From: Balanoglossus misakiensis
Lineage: Eukaryota; Animalia; Hemichordata
Direction: 5' to 3'
Length of the DNA stretch: 64,000 bases
NCBI GenBank assembly: GCA_040954595.2
Contig: CM082595.2
Span: 5,110,137-5,174,136 of the forward strand
In this document: one piece after another, positions 1 to 14,421 of the stretch
How positions within the stretch are numbered: position 1 is the first letter of the stretch
Layout of the letters: each line of letters starts with the position of its first letter
The notes under the pieces: generated by a model
Database searches by the model: none
The model's input: only the letters and a program-made list of their open reading frames with translations
Told to the model about the DNA's origin: nothing
Position numbers and translations under genes: made by a program

Positions 1-1767
1 TGTGTATTTGTGTAACAACCAGTTCATTTGCATTTGAAAAGCAACTGGCTACAAAGCTCACTTTTGATTGGGTGCTTAGGCTGTCAAAACGAGTTTCAAA
101 TTCACGTCAATATGAGCTTGTAAACTTTCACCTCTGCACGTGACAATTAGATCATAAAACATATTATCAAATTTAAAAAGTTGGCAAATATAGTTCACAA
201 ATGTAGCTTGTGCTATAAGTTACCAGAAATCTTCTGGTGTAAGGCCTTACTTTAAAAATCCATGATATTCTGTCAACCCAAATACACCCCTATCACCCCT
301 GTCTGTTTATGTATTGGTCCAGCCACATCTTTGCAGGCAGTTGGACTGTACCAAGTGTTGTTGGGGAGAAGGTGAGAGCAGCACTTAATTAGATCACACC
401 AATTGTTTTATCAAATCTAAGTGTAACGATTCCCCACTTGAGTCGATGTGACTGAAATTACAAAACGAAGGGGGGGGGGGGAACGTAGGAACTGAAATTT
501 CCCTCTGAAATCGCATCACTTATTGCATCAGGAGGTTAAACTAAATGACAGAGTCGAGATTTATAGCGGCCTGCGCCTGAAAATTTTGACCAAAACCCGA
601 AGAATTGAGGCCGTAAATCTTGTCAGGGAATCCGAGCGTGGAATTGGACATTATCATCTTCAAGTAGTTTAGCCGGCAGCGGTGAGCGGCATTAGGAGCA
701 GATAAGACAAATGACTGTGGATTTATATCATTATAAAACGGCTCTTCTCGCGCAGGAAAAAGATCAGCTGTCGGTGGCAAACTAGCAGACAGATTCATCA
801 TCGGTCGCCCCGCCACTGGCGACGGTTTAATAGATTGTGGTAATATTCGCAAAACGCTGGAGCTTGACTCCTCAGAAAGAAAAAAAATGAACGAGATGTA
901 ACTGAAAGTAAATGGCTACTGATGGCCATGCAGAAAGAAGTTTACGTATCACGAGCAAATGGCAGACAGAAAAAAATGTAACATTTTCTTTTTAACCAGT
1001 TTTGAAATGTCAAATCATTTTTGTTCTTGTATGATTTTATGAAATGTAAGAACATGGATGGACAGCCAGGGTTCTTCCTTAGCATAAACGATGAAATATT
1101 ATTATCTATAAAAATTTCACAGATAACTTAAACTTTCCCCTGTCTGGCCAGCACGTTCTCACTCTGCCTTCACATTGTAAAGTAAGTGTGGTAATCTGTA
1201 TTATAAGAAAATAAATCGAAAAAAAAAATCCAGTTGAAGCACTTTGGTTTGTATAAAACACATCAATTGTGGTTTTTGAAGATAATTACAAAAAAATGAA
1301 GCAAAGATTAAAAATAATCTTTCCTAGTATGTTTCAAAACTTAAAAATAAAATTAACAGATGCATGAAACTCAACAAGGAAAATCCTTTTATTTTATTTT
1401 TAAGTTCTCCAGAAGTGTAAAAATTTTTACAAACCATTTTGCAAAGTTGTGGATTTTTTCATCACATTTGGACACAAAATATCTCGGTATAGCCAGACTT
1501 CGGTATCCTGTAGTATTGCCGAACACACAAAGACGTTTCCCTCCAGAACAGCTCTCCCCAATTTTCCGCGCCGCTAGATTCGAAATCAACTTTCTATTTG
1601 GTTTGTATAAAGGGAGAGGAAATTCGGTGAATAGGATTCTGTCAAAGTGTGGGTTTATTACGGTCGCCTGCAAATTGTCTTGTAGTCTGTGTGTCAGAAG
1701 CTTTGATGACATAACTGTTGTCTAAGAAATCAAATTTCACTTTTGGGGAGAGGGGGGGGGGGGTTGA

Positions 1768-1848
1768 CACATTCACCCCCAGTTCCCTCTATAGAGGTCC
1801 AACTTGACTACAAAACACAATGGAGGATGCAAACTGTACCGTAAAGGT
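1768..1848 (+). mobile_element. Degenerate copy of an ~85-bp piggyBac-like MITE
   Basis: Core ttcacccccagttccctctatagaggtccaac matches the copies at 14338-14421 (reverse) and 60937-61021. Confidence 0.5.
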
Positions 1849-4800
1849 GTGTCTGTAGAGTTTTAAGATGATAGCAGATTCTGAGTTAATGTGTCCTTGA
1901 TAAGTGTAGTGTTCAGTCTCTCAACCTCGTGAGAACAAGTAAATCGTCTTTTCTATCAACTTCAATATTGTGGAGCATGTTCATATGTGTTGAAAGGAAG
2001 ATTGGAGTTCACAGGATGAAAGACAAACAAAATACGTTTCAGCCAAGCAAAACAAAAAAGTCATCCCATCATAAGGTAAAACCACGAGGAATACACTGGG
2101 ATGTTGTCTGTACAGGGGTTGAAGCAGTTGCCATAGTGTCAGGTGATGGAGCGTCATGGCAACCCCCATCCATCACCTTCTCCTCTTCATCAGCCTTAAT
2201 TGTAATGTATCTGAGTGTCTATTCACGTCGCTAGCGGTAATTGTCTCCCGCAATTTCGGGACTCAAACTCCTGTCATCAGCGTTCGTTGATGAATTTCAC
2301 TTAAGTCTCGTTATCGCGCAATGTCAGGGAGAGGGAGGTTTCATTCCTGAAAAGCAGTCCAGCCAAAGTTGCAGGACCGATCTCTGTGCGACATTTTGTC
2401 TGTGCGGTTTTGACCAACGCAGTTGTATGTTGTGCTTTTTGATTCCAAATGCACATATTTTGTCATTGAACATGTTTTCTGCTAAAGTAAATCTTTATTG
2501 CGATCATCGGGTTAATTCCAAACATTGTACTATCACAATGTTTTTCGGATAATCACAGAAAAACTACCTGGTCGAATGTCGAGGCCAAAAGAATTTAGAA
2601 ATATCAAGAGACGCCCTCGTAAACTACACTGGAATTGATGTACATGTGCGTAGAAGGTCGAAACGTCGCCACATCAAGAATTTCATCAGCCGGATGAATA
2701 TATGATGAACGGCATTGCAATCTCCCGGGAACTGACACAGCAAAAAACTAACTTAATTATGTTTTATTGTCTATTGTCATCGGCAAGCTGACTCCGAGAG
2801 TGATTTTGTTAAGTTTTATTGGTTGGAAAAGGCCGCGGTGAATGATTGGGGCAATCAATAAACATATCGAGATGGGGACGTTTTGTCTGCCTTCCTTTCA
2901 AGTATCACTTTATCTGCGGATTCTCCAGGGAGGCGATATTAGCGCTGATGGTAGGATAGGCTCGCAGTAAATTTCTCGGAGTTAAACGTCCGTGTGTTGA
3001 AATTTTGCGTCTGTTCTGAAGTGATTGTCACTTAGGGAGCGACGTTAACTTCAAATAAACCATTAAAAAAGATTAAGAAATAAATCAACGCTACATCATC
3101 ATGAATACAGTTCAAAAATAAAGTTTTTTTTGGTGATATTTATATATAATCAAAAATCTTGTTTTTCTTCCATACTCAGGAGGAAAAAGATGTCCCAAAA
3201 TACAGAGCTATAATTTGTTATCAATTTTTTCTCTTCTTGGCTTCTAACTGAAAAAAAAGATCCAAGATCTAGTCCCAGACCAGAGATGGAGCTTATCTTT
3301 GGAGTTATGCTTCTTTCTGACTCTCACTGCCTATACATGTACCTACAGTTACAAACTGGCTTAGAAGCTGGTAAAACAACTTAGTTTTCTGATTAGCTGC
3401 GGTTTTGAACAAACAAAAAAACAGGTCTTAAAATCGCCCCAATCAGAATCCGTCAATTTTGAAGTCATTTGTGCGTTGCTTCTTGCCTCCACATGCCCTG
3501 GGGTCGTATCCATGTTTTCATTTTCTTCCTGACCGAATCACAAGTATTTTCTTTCTATACACAGCGGCCACAACCGAGCGTCTAGTCTATTATGTGCTCA
3601 CGCGTAAGAGGTTTCTCAGCTATGTAGTCACCCCCCTAACAGCTTGCCTGTTCAGCAACATCTGTTATCCCGGCAAGGCCCCCAAAATATGCGCCAAACA
3701 AAGGCCATATTTCCGACTCAAGGATTTTTTTTCACCGCCAGTAATTATCTGCACACCCAACAAGATGGCGGCCATATTTGAAAACAACAAACAATAAACA
3801 GGCACGATTTTCTTGTGGAGAATAATGAAAGTCTGAATTGGAAATATTTGGGGGTTCTTATGTGGAAATATGTTCACCCCAGCAATGAAAGGAAAGCTGA
3901 ACGCAGAATTTATTTGTCAGTGGCCAAATTTTCGTGTTCCTTGACAACCGGAGTTGTAAACTTTCAATTTGTTACAAGGGGTGATCTGTCACTTGTTTTT
4001 TGTTGCCACGGATTTTTAAGGTGGAAATAAACAGTTGAAATGACCACCTGTTCTAGGCGAAAAAAAATCATTGAAATGTCAAAAACAGAGAGAGAGAAAA
4101 GAAAAATATTGATAAATATTTCAAATTGTACAAAAGTTGCTCAGTGACTGCGCCTTACACTTGTTCTCAAAATTTATGGAGCCCCCCCCCCCAAAAAAAA
4201 GAATGATTGAAAGCAGTGTTGAAATGAGATGTGTAGAATTGGCGTGTTTCACTATGACTGGTAATATGGTGGTAGTTTCTTTGCCTCATGGGTTCTTGTG
4301 TTAACATGAACATCAGAGAACGTGTGTAAGGTCCTGAGAACGAAAAGTTAGATCGAACGGCATTGTGGGTAAAGAACAGCGTGGGAGGGTGATGCATGCA
4401 CACACACGCACAAAAAAAAACCTGACTGGTTTTATTTTCTCAATCTCATCATCAACCATTAAAGCGAAAAGTCTGGGAGCTTTGTCCCTTTACGTCGTTT
4501 CCACTCTGTCTGGTGATTTCGACGAACAAGAGAATTGAGGGGAGCGGGGAAACACGATGGCTTCAGACAGTTACCACATTTTCAAGTCAGGAAGACCCGA
4601 CGATTTGACTTGTCACAATGTGGCCGTCATCACCAGTTACTTTGTGAAAATTGCACACTTAATTTATAATGGGACCCTTCCACCTTTTACAACCGATTTC
4701 TTCATGATAGAACACATTGTTTCCCCTTTATTTGTGGTCCGAGGTGGAAATTCCAGTCTTGAATCGGTCCATTAGAGGCATTTTTTGTCAACTTTTGTGG

Positions 4801-5355
4801 CGTTTTTACACATCACTGGCCAAATAGAAGCAGGAGATAGGAGATGGCTCTAATTCGATCGGGAATCGAAGATAAAGATTGGGGCCCCCTAAGTGGGCAG
4901 CTAACAAGTCGGCTGGGTTGTGTACGTTCCACTGTTCAGGAACTTGTGACTTTAGTTGCATTGTGAGAAATGTAACGCAACTTCTCAGAAGACCCATATA
5001 TTTTAACATGGATGATTGGTTTTTGTACACCAAGTTTATCTTGAGTTACTCGGTTTTCTGTAACTGCTATTTTATTGACAGTCGCCCGGTTGAGTTGTTG
5101 CTATGGTTCCGTGGAATTAAAATATACTTTCACGGTCGAACGACGATTTGTCGAAATCCCTGATTCGAAGTGGACTTCGGGGAAGAGCCCAAACTTTATG
5201 TGTCATCGAAGGAATTAGTTAAACACTCTTGGTCTCCAGATCTGCTTAAATCTCCTCAGGCCATACCACTTTGTTGCAGGGAGAGACAATCTGTCAGCCA
5301 GAGGGGGGGAGACTCGAACCCGCGCAGATCCGTACCTAGGGAGGGCAGGGCTTGA

Positions 5356-5742
5356 TAAGCTGACAAACTTTGCTGCAAGCGTAAACAGTCCTGGGCTTTC
5401 ACGGGGAAATGGGAATTCACAAAGCTGAAAGATCCCGGCGAGCGTAATCTCCCCCCTGGAAATAATGGAAGCGCCCAAAGTGTAAAATTTTGAGGGAAAA
5501 AGTCTTAAGGATGGTAATCTGTGTAATCACGGGCCGCCTTTGAAGTCACCGCATAAGTTGGTGTGGCGTAGATGGGCTTGTTAATCGGGCGGGGGGATTT
5601 GCACCCGTGGAAGTCATGGCCCCTCGTGTTTAAGTCTGGCTAGCCCCCCGATTACTTATTGATTTCTGATTGTCGTAACGACTCAGATCATTGGTGTTCC
5701 TCTGTGTCACCTGGAGTGAAAACCCGTCAGCCGTGTTAATCT
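5356..5742. promoter_or_regulatory. Candidate enhancer: cluster of K50-homeodomain (Otx/Pitx/Gsc-type) TAATC sites
   Basis: TAATCT 5445, TAATCT 5515, TAATCA 5524, TAATCG 5582, CGATTA 5649, TAATCT 5737 and TAAGCT 5356, in a locally GC/CpG-rich stretch. Confidence 0.4.
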
Positions 5743-7489
5743 GTGAGGGGCGAACGCGGCCAGACAATAAAGCGTTTCCCCCTTTCTTCTCCTCCCAGTC
5801 CCCCCCCCCTCCTTCTTTCTTGAGGATAGCTTTTTATAGGGCCCGACTTTAATTGACAACGTATTTGAATGAGGCGGTTGATGAGCTACGCATAGTCATT
5901 TGTTTTCAATGGGAATGATAATGGAGTAAGGGGCATTGTCATAGGGCAGATGTTACGTTAAAAGACCCGATCTAAGGTCATGCCCGCAGTTTGCTCCCAT
6001 CCCAGAATCATGAATTGTAGGCTGCTCTCCTCTCTATAGCCTTCACTTAGACCAGATGTCTCCGACGCTTATCTGATTCAGCTACCCCGTTGTGTTGAAC
6101 TGTACCCACAGCCAAGTTTGTAGTTTATACTCTCTCACCTCAAAGGTACGTTTTTTTCATTCTATTTTTTTTTAACTTTTTCAAATGTCTTTTTTTCTCG
6201 TCACTTTGTGTCGATCGACACACTGTTGTCGTTCACGTATACGAAAAGTGAACTGCATTTTTTTTCTGGCGGTTTCTGGAGTCTGCAAAGAGAGAGAAAA
6301 AAAATTTGTGAGAATTTCAGTCGGCGTCTCTCCTTGGGGTGCTGAGCTCGGGCACTGTGGTAGGATGCAATTTGTGGTGTTCCCCGAGTTTTTGTGCGGT
6401 CGCAGTAATAGTGAATTGAATTGAAATCAAATGGATTTGTAAAACGGAATTGCGACATATCGATCGCTCATGCATATCATTGTGGGGGAACTGTGTGTGT
6501 GTGTTTAAATCATCTGCAGGCCTGTCGCGTTTACCCTAAACTGCTCATCCCAGACTCTCAAATTAACTTCCAGATGCCGGGGTAGTGATCTTTTGAAACA
6601 GGTTTTACGAACTGCTCATGCAGTCGCATACCCGCAGCCTGTCATGCGTGTTTCGTAATTTTTCTCGGCTGTTTTCATTGTCTCAAAAATCCGGACTGTT
6701 TTATTTCATTAATTATATACACAGCTCACCCGAATTAGCGGAGAGAGACGATTTCTGGATTGACGCAGCCACAGAAAGTCTTAGTGTATTAATTTACTGA
6801 TAATGAGGTCCGCAGCAAAAAAAGACGGCGTGAAAATCCTTCTAAATGCTGATCTCGTGAACGTTGATTGAAAAGGGAGATTGCAGCTCCTTTTGGAACA
6901 TGAGTAACTAAGATAAAGACAGCAAATAGTGGCTTTGGTAGTAATGCAGTAATAGGCTTTTGTGGAAACTCATGTTTTCAAACTCACTGAACATCAGTGC
7001 GCATTCTATTAAAGATTTTATATCCCGTACTTTAAGTTGCAATTATGATTACCAAACGAACATAAAAGGGGTCCTATTCTCTTAACTATGTGATAAATAG
7101 ATTCCTTTGAAACGTTGATAATGGCTAACTTAATTTATCAGGCTATAACCTCTATTTCTCTGTTAATTAAATCTATCAGCACATCGTTAATTAATTTCAT
7201 AAGGACTGATGCTACTTATAAATCACGCGTTGAATTAATTAATTAATCAATCAATTAAGTGTCCTTGAAAGCGAGATCATCGCTATTGTGTGGTCGTGTT
7301 TTTGATTGGAAATAAATTGTAGAGAACCCTGTGAGGCAAATGTATTGAGAGCACCTCGAGATGACTTTAAATCTTTTTAAGTATTATAAACACAGAAATA
7401 CATAAATCATATCTGTCTGTGACATTTTAGAACTGATTTTAAAACATTTGTAATAGTAGATTTTTTTTTCTTTGAAGAGCAGAGCAAGT

Positions 7490-7492
<3 letters not shown>

Positions 7493-7530
<38 letters not shown>
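7493..7530. repeat. (GA)19 microsatellite
   Basis: Read directly. Confidence 0.97.
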
Positions 7531-7534
<4 letters not shown>

Positions 7535-10500
7535 CAATCTTAGCAATGGATACTAAACCAAAAATCTGTTTTATATTAACTTTCTTTGTAAAAAATAAAA
7601 CTCGTTATAAACTTCAGAGAGTGGATTTTGTCCATGTTCAATGATTGCTGATAGTACAATTGGTAGTTTGAATTATAGAGTATTTGAGATAAGAAATATA
7701 TTTTATCAAGTTTAGACATAGTGTACACAACTTTTCAAGCAATACATAAAAATATGATTTTATCTGTTTTTCAATCCAAGGTGCTTACCACAAGCACTGT
7801 TTAGTCAGTCGATTTGTGTTTGAATAAGCTACTGAAAATAAATAAATCAAGTACTTTAAGAAGGGGAGAAATAAACACCAGAGTGGTCAATTTTTGTTCC
7901 TTGCGTCTGTATGTCTGTTGTCTGCCCTTGTACAAAATTATCGATGATTTGCGGAGTCTGTCAAGTACTGTCAAGACTGCCAACGGTGAGCATTGTTTTG
8001 TGTTTGAGTAGCCATGGGCTCTTTGGTCATCATAATACAAATATGGTGATATGATTTATTCATGGTATGCGGGAGGCTGAAAAGAGATGATGTGTTTGCT
8101 TTAGTTTTGGGTCTTAATAAAGGAACATTACACATGCGTTGTGTGTGTGTAAATTGGGTGAATGTTTCCTCATAGTGTCCATTGGTATCTGGCGACCTGG
8201 GGGGAACAATCGACCGTGACGGACGAATGAACGGACGGCCTCGCTTTAAACCGCCGGTAAGATTTCCACTTTTCACTGAAAAAACGGAAGAGTGCGGCAG
8301 ACTGTAGCTTTTTTTGTACACATTTTCAAAATGTTTGTTTATTTGTTGCGTTTTACGCAGCCGTTGTCGGTCTTCAGCGTGACTACCAGTGTCGTAGTCT
8401 GCCGCAGACATGAATCAGTTTTGCAGTCTGTTTTAACGCTTTCAGATATCTATTTACATTGTCATCTGTTCAGTCAAGTATACTCACCACTGGAAGTGTG
8501 CATAAAGCTGTCAAGTATTTTGGCAATAATGACTTAAACAGCTGAATCTTGTAACAGACGACACTGCCACTACTGGGGATGTGTTTGAGTCAAAATAAAT
8601 ATTGATATCGTTGAAAAACTATACAAATTTTCGAAAACTATCAAATGTTTTGGTCAAACGTGTCTGCAGCTAAGAGCTACAGGACAGGTATAGTTAGTAA
8701 CACATGTGATTGGCAAGTATTCGAGCTTCCACTCTGACAAAAAGTTAACACAGTTTCTGTTGGCATTTGGTCTACTCTGTGATGTACAGGACCACTCGCA
8801 TTTTGTACGGCAGGTAAACTTTGTTTGATTGTCGCATTGGTTCATGTCGTCTTCACTTCGTTATCAGCGCAGAGATAGCTGCTGTTGATATAAGCCTCTT
8901 TGATTTATAGTGCGATAGGGTTACAGTTCAGAAAAGGTGTTATTACTCGTGGTCACATGCATTTTCAAAGGTCAGATGCTTGAAGTACAGGGGTCAATTA
9001 TCACACCGTTGCAATTGATAACATTTTAACCAACATTCTGAGAAATAATTACAAATTAACATATGAAGGAATTGGCCTGGCGTTGAGTTTGTATATGAAC
9101 TTGATCCAGGCATGTTATTGTAATTAAGTTGCCCTTGTGATTAAAGTGAATAAGTTCCTATGTGCTTTTTATCAATTGTGAATCTAGACAGACGCATTCT
9201 TGTACAGGTATGTTTTGCAAATACTTAATACAACTAATTAATAATAAATAACAGCAGTTTTGAAAAGACAACTTGCAAATTGTAAAATTCTCAAACACTT
9301 CAAGAAAAATATTCACAAATTATCTTGAAGATTAGACACCAGCAGTCATGGAGAAAGACTTAATTCAGAGAATTTTTTCAAAGAGACTGCATTTATAAGA
9401 TCACTTCTAACAACTTTGACAGGGAACTACATTAAAATCTAAAAGGAAAATTGTATAGCCCTGTGCACATTAAAAAGACTACAGTTTAGAACGACCATAA
9501 AAGTGTCCACAGTATGCTGAGAAAATGTACACATTTAAAACGTACTTCTTGGCATCAATGAGACGTGAATTGTCATTGAACAGATCCTTTTGTTCGTTAT
9601 TCACATCAGCAGAAAGATGTACTTTTAACTTCTTTTTCCTCGGATCATGTAAACTTAAGCATTGCTTTCAAATTTGTAAAATTTCTTTTGATTTTTGATG
9701 AAAAAAAATGTCTGTCATTATTTTCAGTAGTATGTATGCTTCGTATGCTGTGCTGAAAGCTAATGTGTCATAGATCGTCCTTGGGCGACTGAGCTGTAGT
9801 GATATGCAGGCTTGTGAAGTGGGGGAAAAAGTAATGTAACTTTTAGTAAAATTAAAAGACATTATCGAACATTAGGAGCAGCAGAGCTAGGCTCCTAGTA
9901 CAGGAAAATGAAAGAGTATCGGTCATCGGGGACCCATCGCGGCTTAAAGTAGGTGGAGCGGGAATACACAATTAACGACACAAGATTGTTCCACTGAGAC
10001 AAAGAAAATACGTCATTCCGCAACTCTGATGGAACAGTTTTTAATGAAAGTTCCAGCTAATTATTTGAATACTGAAATGGTGTTTCTAAGAGAATGTTAA
10101 AGGGGTGTTTAAGCAGAGCCTGTTTAAGGTAGGGGACCGGCGCGAGCAGACCGCACGCTATATGTTTTAATTGTCCTGCTGGGGTTACAAGCGAAAATTA
10201 AACTTCCCCGTTGGTGCTCGTCAATGGATTATTCCCAGGAATAGAATCTATTTGGGAAGTGTGGAGGAAAAAGCCGGAATTTGTAAACAGTTTTCGCATT
10301 TATAGCCCACGGGCACGTTACAAATAACTGAATTTTGAAGTTCCATTAAATAAACAATTTTTACCCCTTTAGTGAGCGTGTGTATCGACCAATCAGTGTT
10401 TAGTGGGGATGGTCCGAAAACTTTTTGTTCAAAAATTTTGTGTGTAGGAGAAACTTGACTCTTTCTGTCTCTCTGTGCCTTTTCCCATCTGCCTCTGTCT

Positions 10501-10767
10501 CTATCAAAAATAGCAATTAACAAAATGCAAAAATAAGCCACTGCGCATAGTTTAAAATTTAATGTAATGTATTCCTTTACAAGATCCAGTCATTCTTACA
10601 CTGTACACCTGTCTCTTAAAATGGCATTTAACAACACGCTGTGACAAAAGGACTCACAAAGACCCAGCTACATTAAAGAGAAAGTTATTATTCTCCAACA
10701 GGGCAACCCCTCCTTTTCACTTTGATTTTTCCCATAATGAGCTTCGGGACATCAGATAAAAGGTGTT

Positions 10768-11062
10768 GGTGACAGTGTAACAAGAAAATAAAGTGCATTT
10801 GTTACAAACTGTACAATTTTTGCAACAATTAATTCAATATTTATCAATTGTTTGTGACATTGTAACAACAATAGAAGATATATTTGTTACAAACTACAAT
10901 TTTTGCAACAATTAATTCAATTGTTAGTGACAGTGTAACAAGAAAATAAAATGCATTTGTTTCAAACTATACAATTTTGCAACAATTAATTCAATATCTA
11001 CCCAATTATTAGTGACAGTGTAACAAGAAAATAAAATATTTGTTACAAACTGTACAATTTTT
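10768..11062. repeat. Minisatellite, ~4 copies of a 73-85-bp unit
   Basis: Recurring gtgacagtgtaacaagaaaataaa...tttgttacaaactgtacaatttttgcaacaattaattcaat. Confidence 0.88.
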
Positions 11063-14000
11063 AATCATGCATTTGATAAAAAAAATCATTTTCAGGTGTT
11101 ATACAGAATGGATCTGTTCAGCAGTAAATGAATTCAGATACTGTCAAAAGTCAAACTACTGTCAGTTATGTAGTTATCATGAAAAAAGCCAGAAGAAATC
11201 TGTTTGATAAATGATGACAAATGTTCGTCATATTGCACTAGTAAATCACGCTCGAGAATGTCAGATTTTCGCGGAGAAATGTGCCAAGTCTCACATCACC
11301 AGTGAAAAGTCACCGTTTATGGGCGAAATCGGGCTTTCAGTGGACACTGTTACAAATTAGTAACAATTTATGACATGCGGGTGAGAGAGAGAGTGGTCGA
11401 CTTGAAACAGGAGGAGACAGCTGAACGACTTGTAAATTGAGTCGGGTGTCTCCGGCCCGCGCCTCGAAACGGGAGCGGAGTGCCGCGATTCTGGGTCCTC
11501 TTTGTTTACGCCTGTGAAAAATCCTGGAAGATATATTTATTTAACGCCGACTCACATCTGACAGAACGTATTCCTTTCACATCGGGTTTTATATATAGGC
11601 AAAGAATCACATCAGGGCCAACTTTAATGGAACTTAACTCAATTTTTATAGCAGTAAAGATATATGTTCTTCCAAATGGTCAATCTGTTTGGGGCACCCC
11701 AACACCTGTTGTGCATAAAAAGAAGATAGAGATAGACCCCCTAGGCTATCATAAAAGTTGATTGCTCTCCTACTTGTTAAAAAATAGCAAAGTGACTCTA
11801 GAGTAGTCTCATGCTTGTCAGTGAAAGTTTTACATTGAAGGTGTCGTAAATTAAAGATTTAATCAACTTTGGGATCTTCAGCATATGTTCACAAGAGGCA
11901 GATTTTTTTTTTTGTAGATTTTTTTCTCAAATTCTTAGATTTTTTCATATGAAACATCTGATTGTTCTTAATAAAAAACGCTGGCACATTCAGTTATTCG
12001 ATGCAGCATCTTGCTTGTGTTAAATTTAAAGTTCGGATGTTCACCCGTAGCGGAATTTCTTAATGGCGCTTTGCGACAGTGCAGCCACACCGCATTACAC
12101 ATTTGATTTGGGTGATAGTCTTGTTTTACTCGCTTGGCTGGCTGCGGACATTTTGATGCAATTTTATGCTGTTGCTTTTACTGATCAACTTCTTGTTTTG
12201 CAGGGCTTAAAACTGACTAATCCCATTATTTAAAGATTTGTAAACCCTGGAGATGCGAGTTTCATTTCACCGATTCGCGTGGAATGGTAATCGCGTAAAA
12301 GACGGCGCGTCACGATATTATCAGGAAATTTAAACGCTCACCTGAAAAGAAGTTATTTTTATGACCCAACATATATCAGCAATGTTACTCTCGCTGTATC
12401 TCGAACAACATCGTTGTATATGTACACTCCAGAGAGGGGATTAAAGTGAAAAATTAATTTTACAAAACAGTTAACCCCCGTTGGGTGATAAAAAATCGTA
12501 GTGGGAATGCTTTGATTATTGTTGAAGTGATGTGAATAGATTTCTTACATATGAATTCACTGCAGAGAGTGCATCTTAGGCGCGAAACTGCAAGGGGAAA
12601 ATTATTGATAGATTGTGGACTGAGTCTGTGAGATTTGTCTTTTGAGTGACATCATTTGAAATTTCAAGTCTTATACCAGATTATTGATACTCCTGACACA
12701 AGACCCTCCTTTAGGTGTTTAGCAGTTGTGTATTGTAAGAATTTCCATACTCAACATAAATATGGACTGACAAGTCATTGAAGGAGTTACCCAAATTTCG
12801 AACATGGTCTTGCACCATAAAATTAACAATATGAATTTATGAATCATTAATTAAAGGTACATTATAGTTACATTAAAAATATTTGTGCAAAATTTTGGAT
12901 AAAAATGTTGGGATTGTAGCTGCAAAAAAACACTGTTCTTCAGTTTACGACTGGCAATACATAATGTACTGCCCAGCAAAAGTTGAGCTCGCAGATATAG
13001 ATGGTAATTTATTTGAAAACATCACCAGGCACTGACATTGTCAGAACTTATTGTGAAGTATTTACGGCCTGTAAATGTGTGTAATCATCAATGTCACCCA
13101 TCATTTAATTGAAAATTCCTGTAATTGTATAAATCTCCTTGAAGTGACGAAGCCTTTAGGGAAATTACTCAGGGTGTCAAGTTAGAATTCATCTGTAGTC
13201 ATCTATTTAAGTCTAATGTGCAGTTTTACGTCCTTCCTTTGCATAAGTGTTGATTGGAGGCTTTTCCCGCCAAAATGACTAAGATCAAATTTCTTCTTTT
13301 TTGTAATTTTATCCCGTTTCCTCAATTTATTTTAGATCAAAGCAAACCGATAATCAAACTAACAATGACAGACAACACAAGCATTCAGAAATTTTATGAA
13401 TATTGATGATTTTCCGTACCAGATCAAGTAATCTGTTGTCTTGATAAAACATGCAATTATAGGAACAAACTTACTTTTTCTATGAGACTCATTAATCGTG
13501 AAAATGAAGTACATTGTAATACAAAAAATCACGGAAAACTTTTTACAACTCAACAGAGAAGACTATCGTAATAATATATTCATTAAAGCTTATTGCAAAT
13601 ACATTCTTAAGTGATATTTTTTATCACCGTCGTTTTTATACAGTCACGTCTTCATCAACAATATCAAAAACTTAGAGGGTCCTTGGGTCATTAGTGGTCA
13701 GCTAAAGGGTCCATTGTCATGATGCAAAAACCAGACAAGCAGCTTCTAGTCCTGGCACATTGTCCCAACCGTTTTCCCTCGGAACATCAGCGTTCACTTA
13801 AAAAGGCTCAAATATGATATTGTAATCAATAAAATCCCTCAATATTTAATGATACTTCTTCAGTGTCCATTATTTAGCGTTTTAGAAGTCATAAAAAGAC
13901 AGCTAAATGAGTAAGTGAATAGGGATAAGAGAGTGTGTGGAACCATAATGGCAAGATAACAGGAAAGGAACAAGAACTGGCTCTCCGGAAACATCTGTCC

Positions 14001-14337
14001 AAACTGCCACTTTTCGCTGTCTTGCCGGACCCAAATGGAATGTCGGGGAAGTCGGACAGACCAGAATGCAGGAAGCAATTCAGGAATATAAAAAAAAAAA
14101 GTGGGAAGGAGGGAAAACGGTGGAGATAGAAACCCGGGATGAATTATTGGGGGTGGGATTGTGTGTTGCCGTGGTAACCGTCTCTGGCCGGTGTGTCGGG
14201 CGGTGTATTGTGTTGGGCACAGTGGATTGCCATGGCGCGTTGGTTTTCTCTGTTATATTGTGGTCTGTTGTGGTTGGAAAGTTCCGCGTCATCTTCAGAG
14301 ACAGTTCATGCAGTGATAATCGAACGACGTGTTTTAA

Positions 14338-14421
14338 CCTCTCACCACCATGGTTCAGTCCAAACCCGTTGTCTTCTATGGTAAGGTTGGACCTCTAAAA
14401 AAGGAACTGGGGGTGAAAGGG
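14338..14421 (-). mobile_element. ~85-bp piggyBac-like MITE
   Basis: Flanked by TTAA/TTTAA, termini cctctcacc...ggtgaaaggg; reverse complement aligns along its length with 60937-61021. Confidence 0.65.

Noticed and set aside
5292-5365. tRNA-like segment on the - strand (GGTTCGAGTC B-box, 7-bp closing stem tgtcagc/gctgaca)
   Set aside because: No A box or D arm, poor T and anticodon stems, wrong spacing to the acceptor stem.
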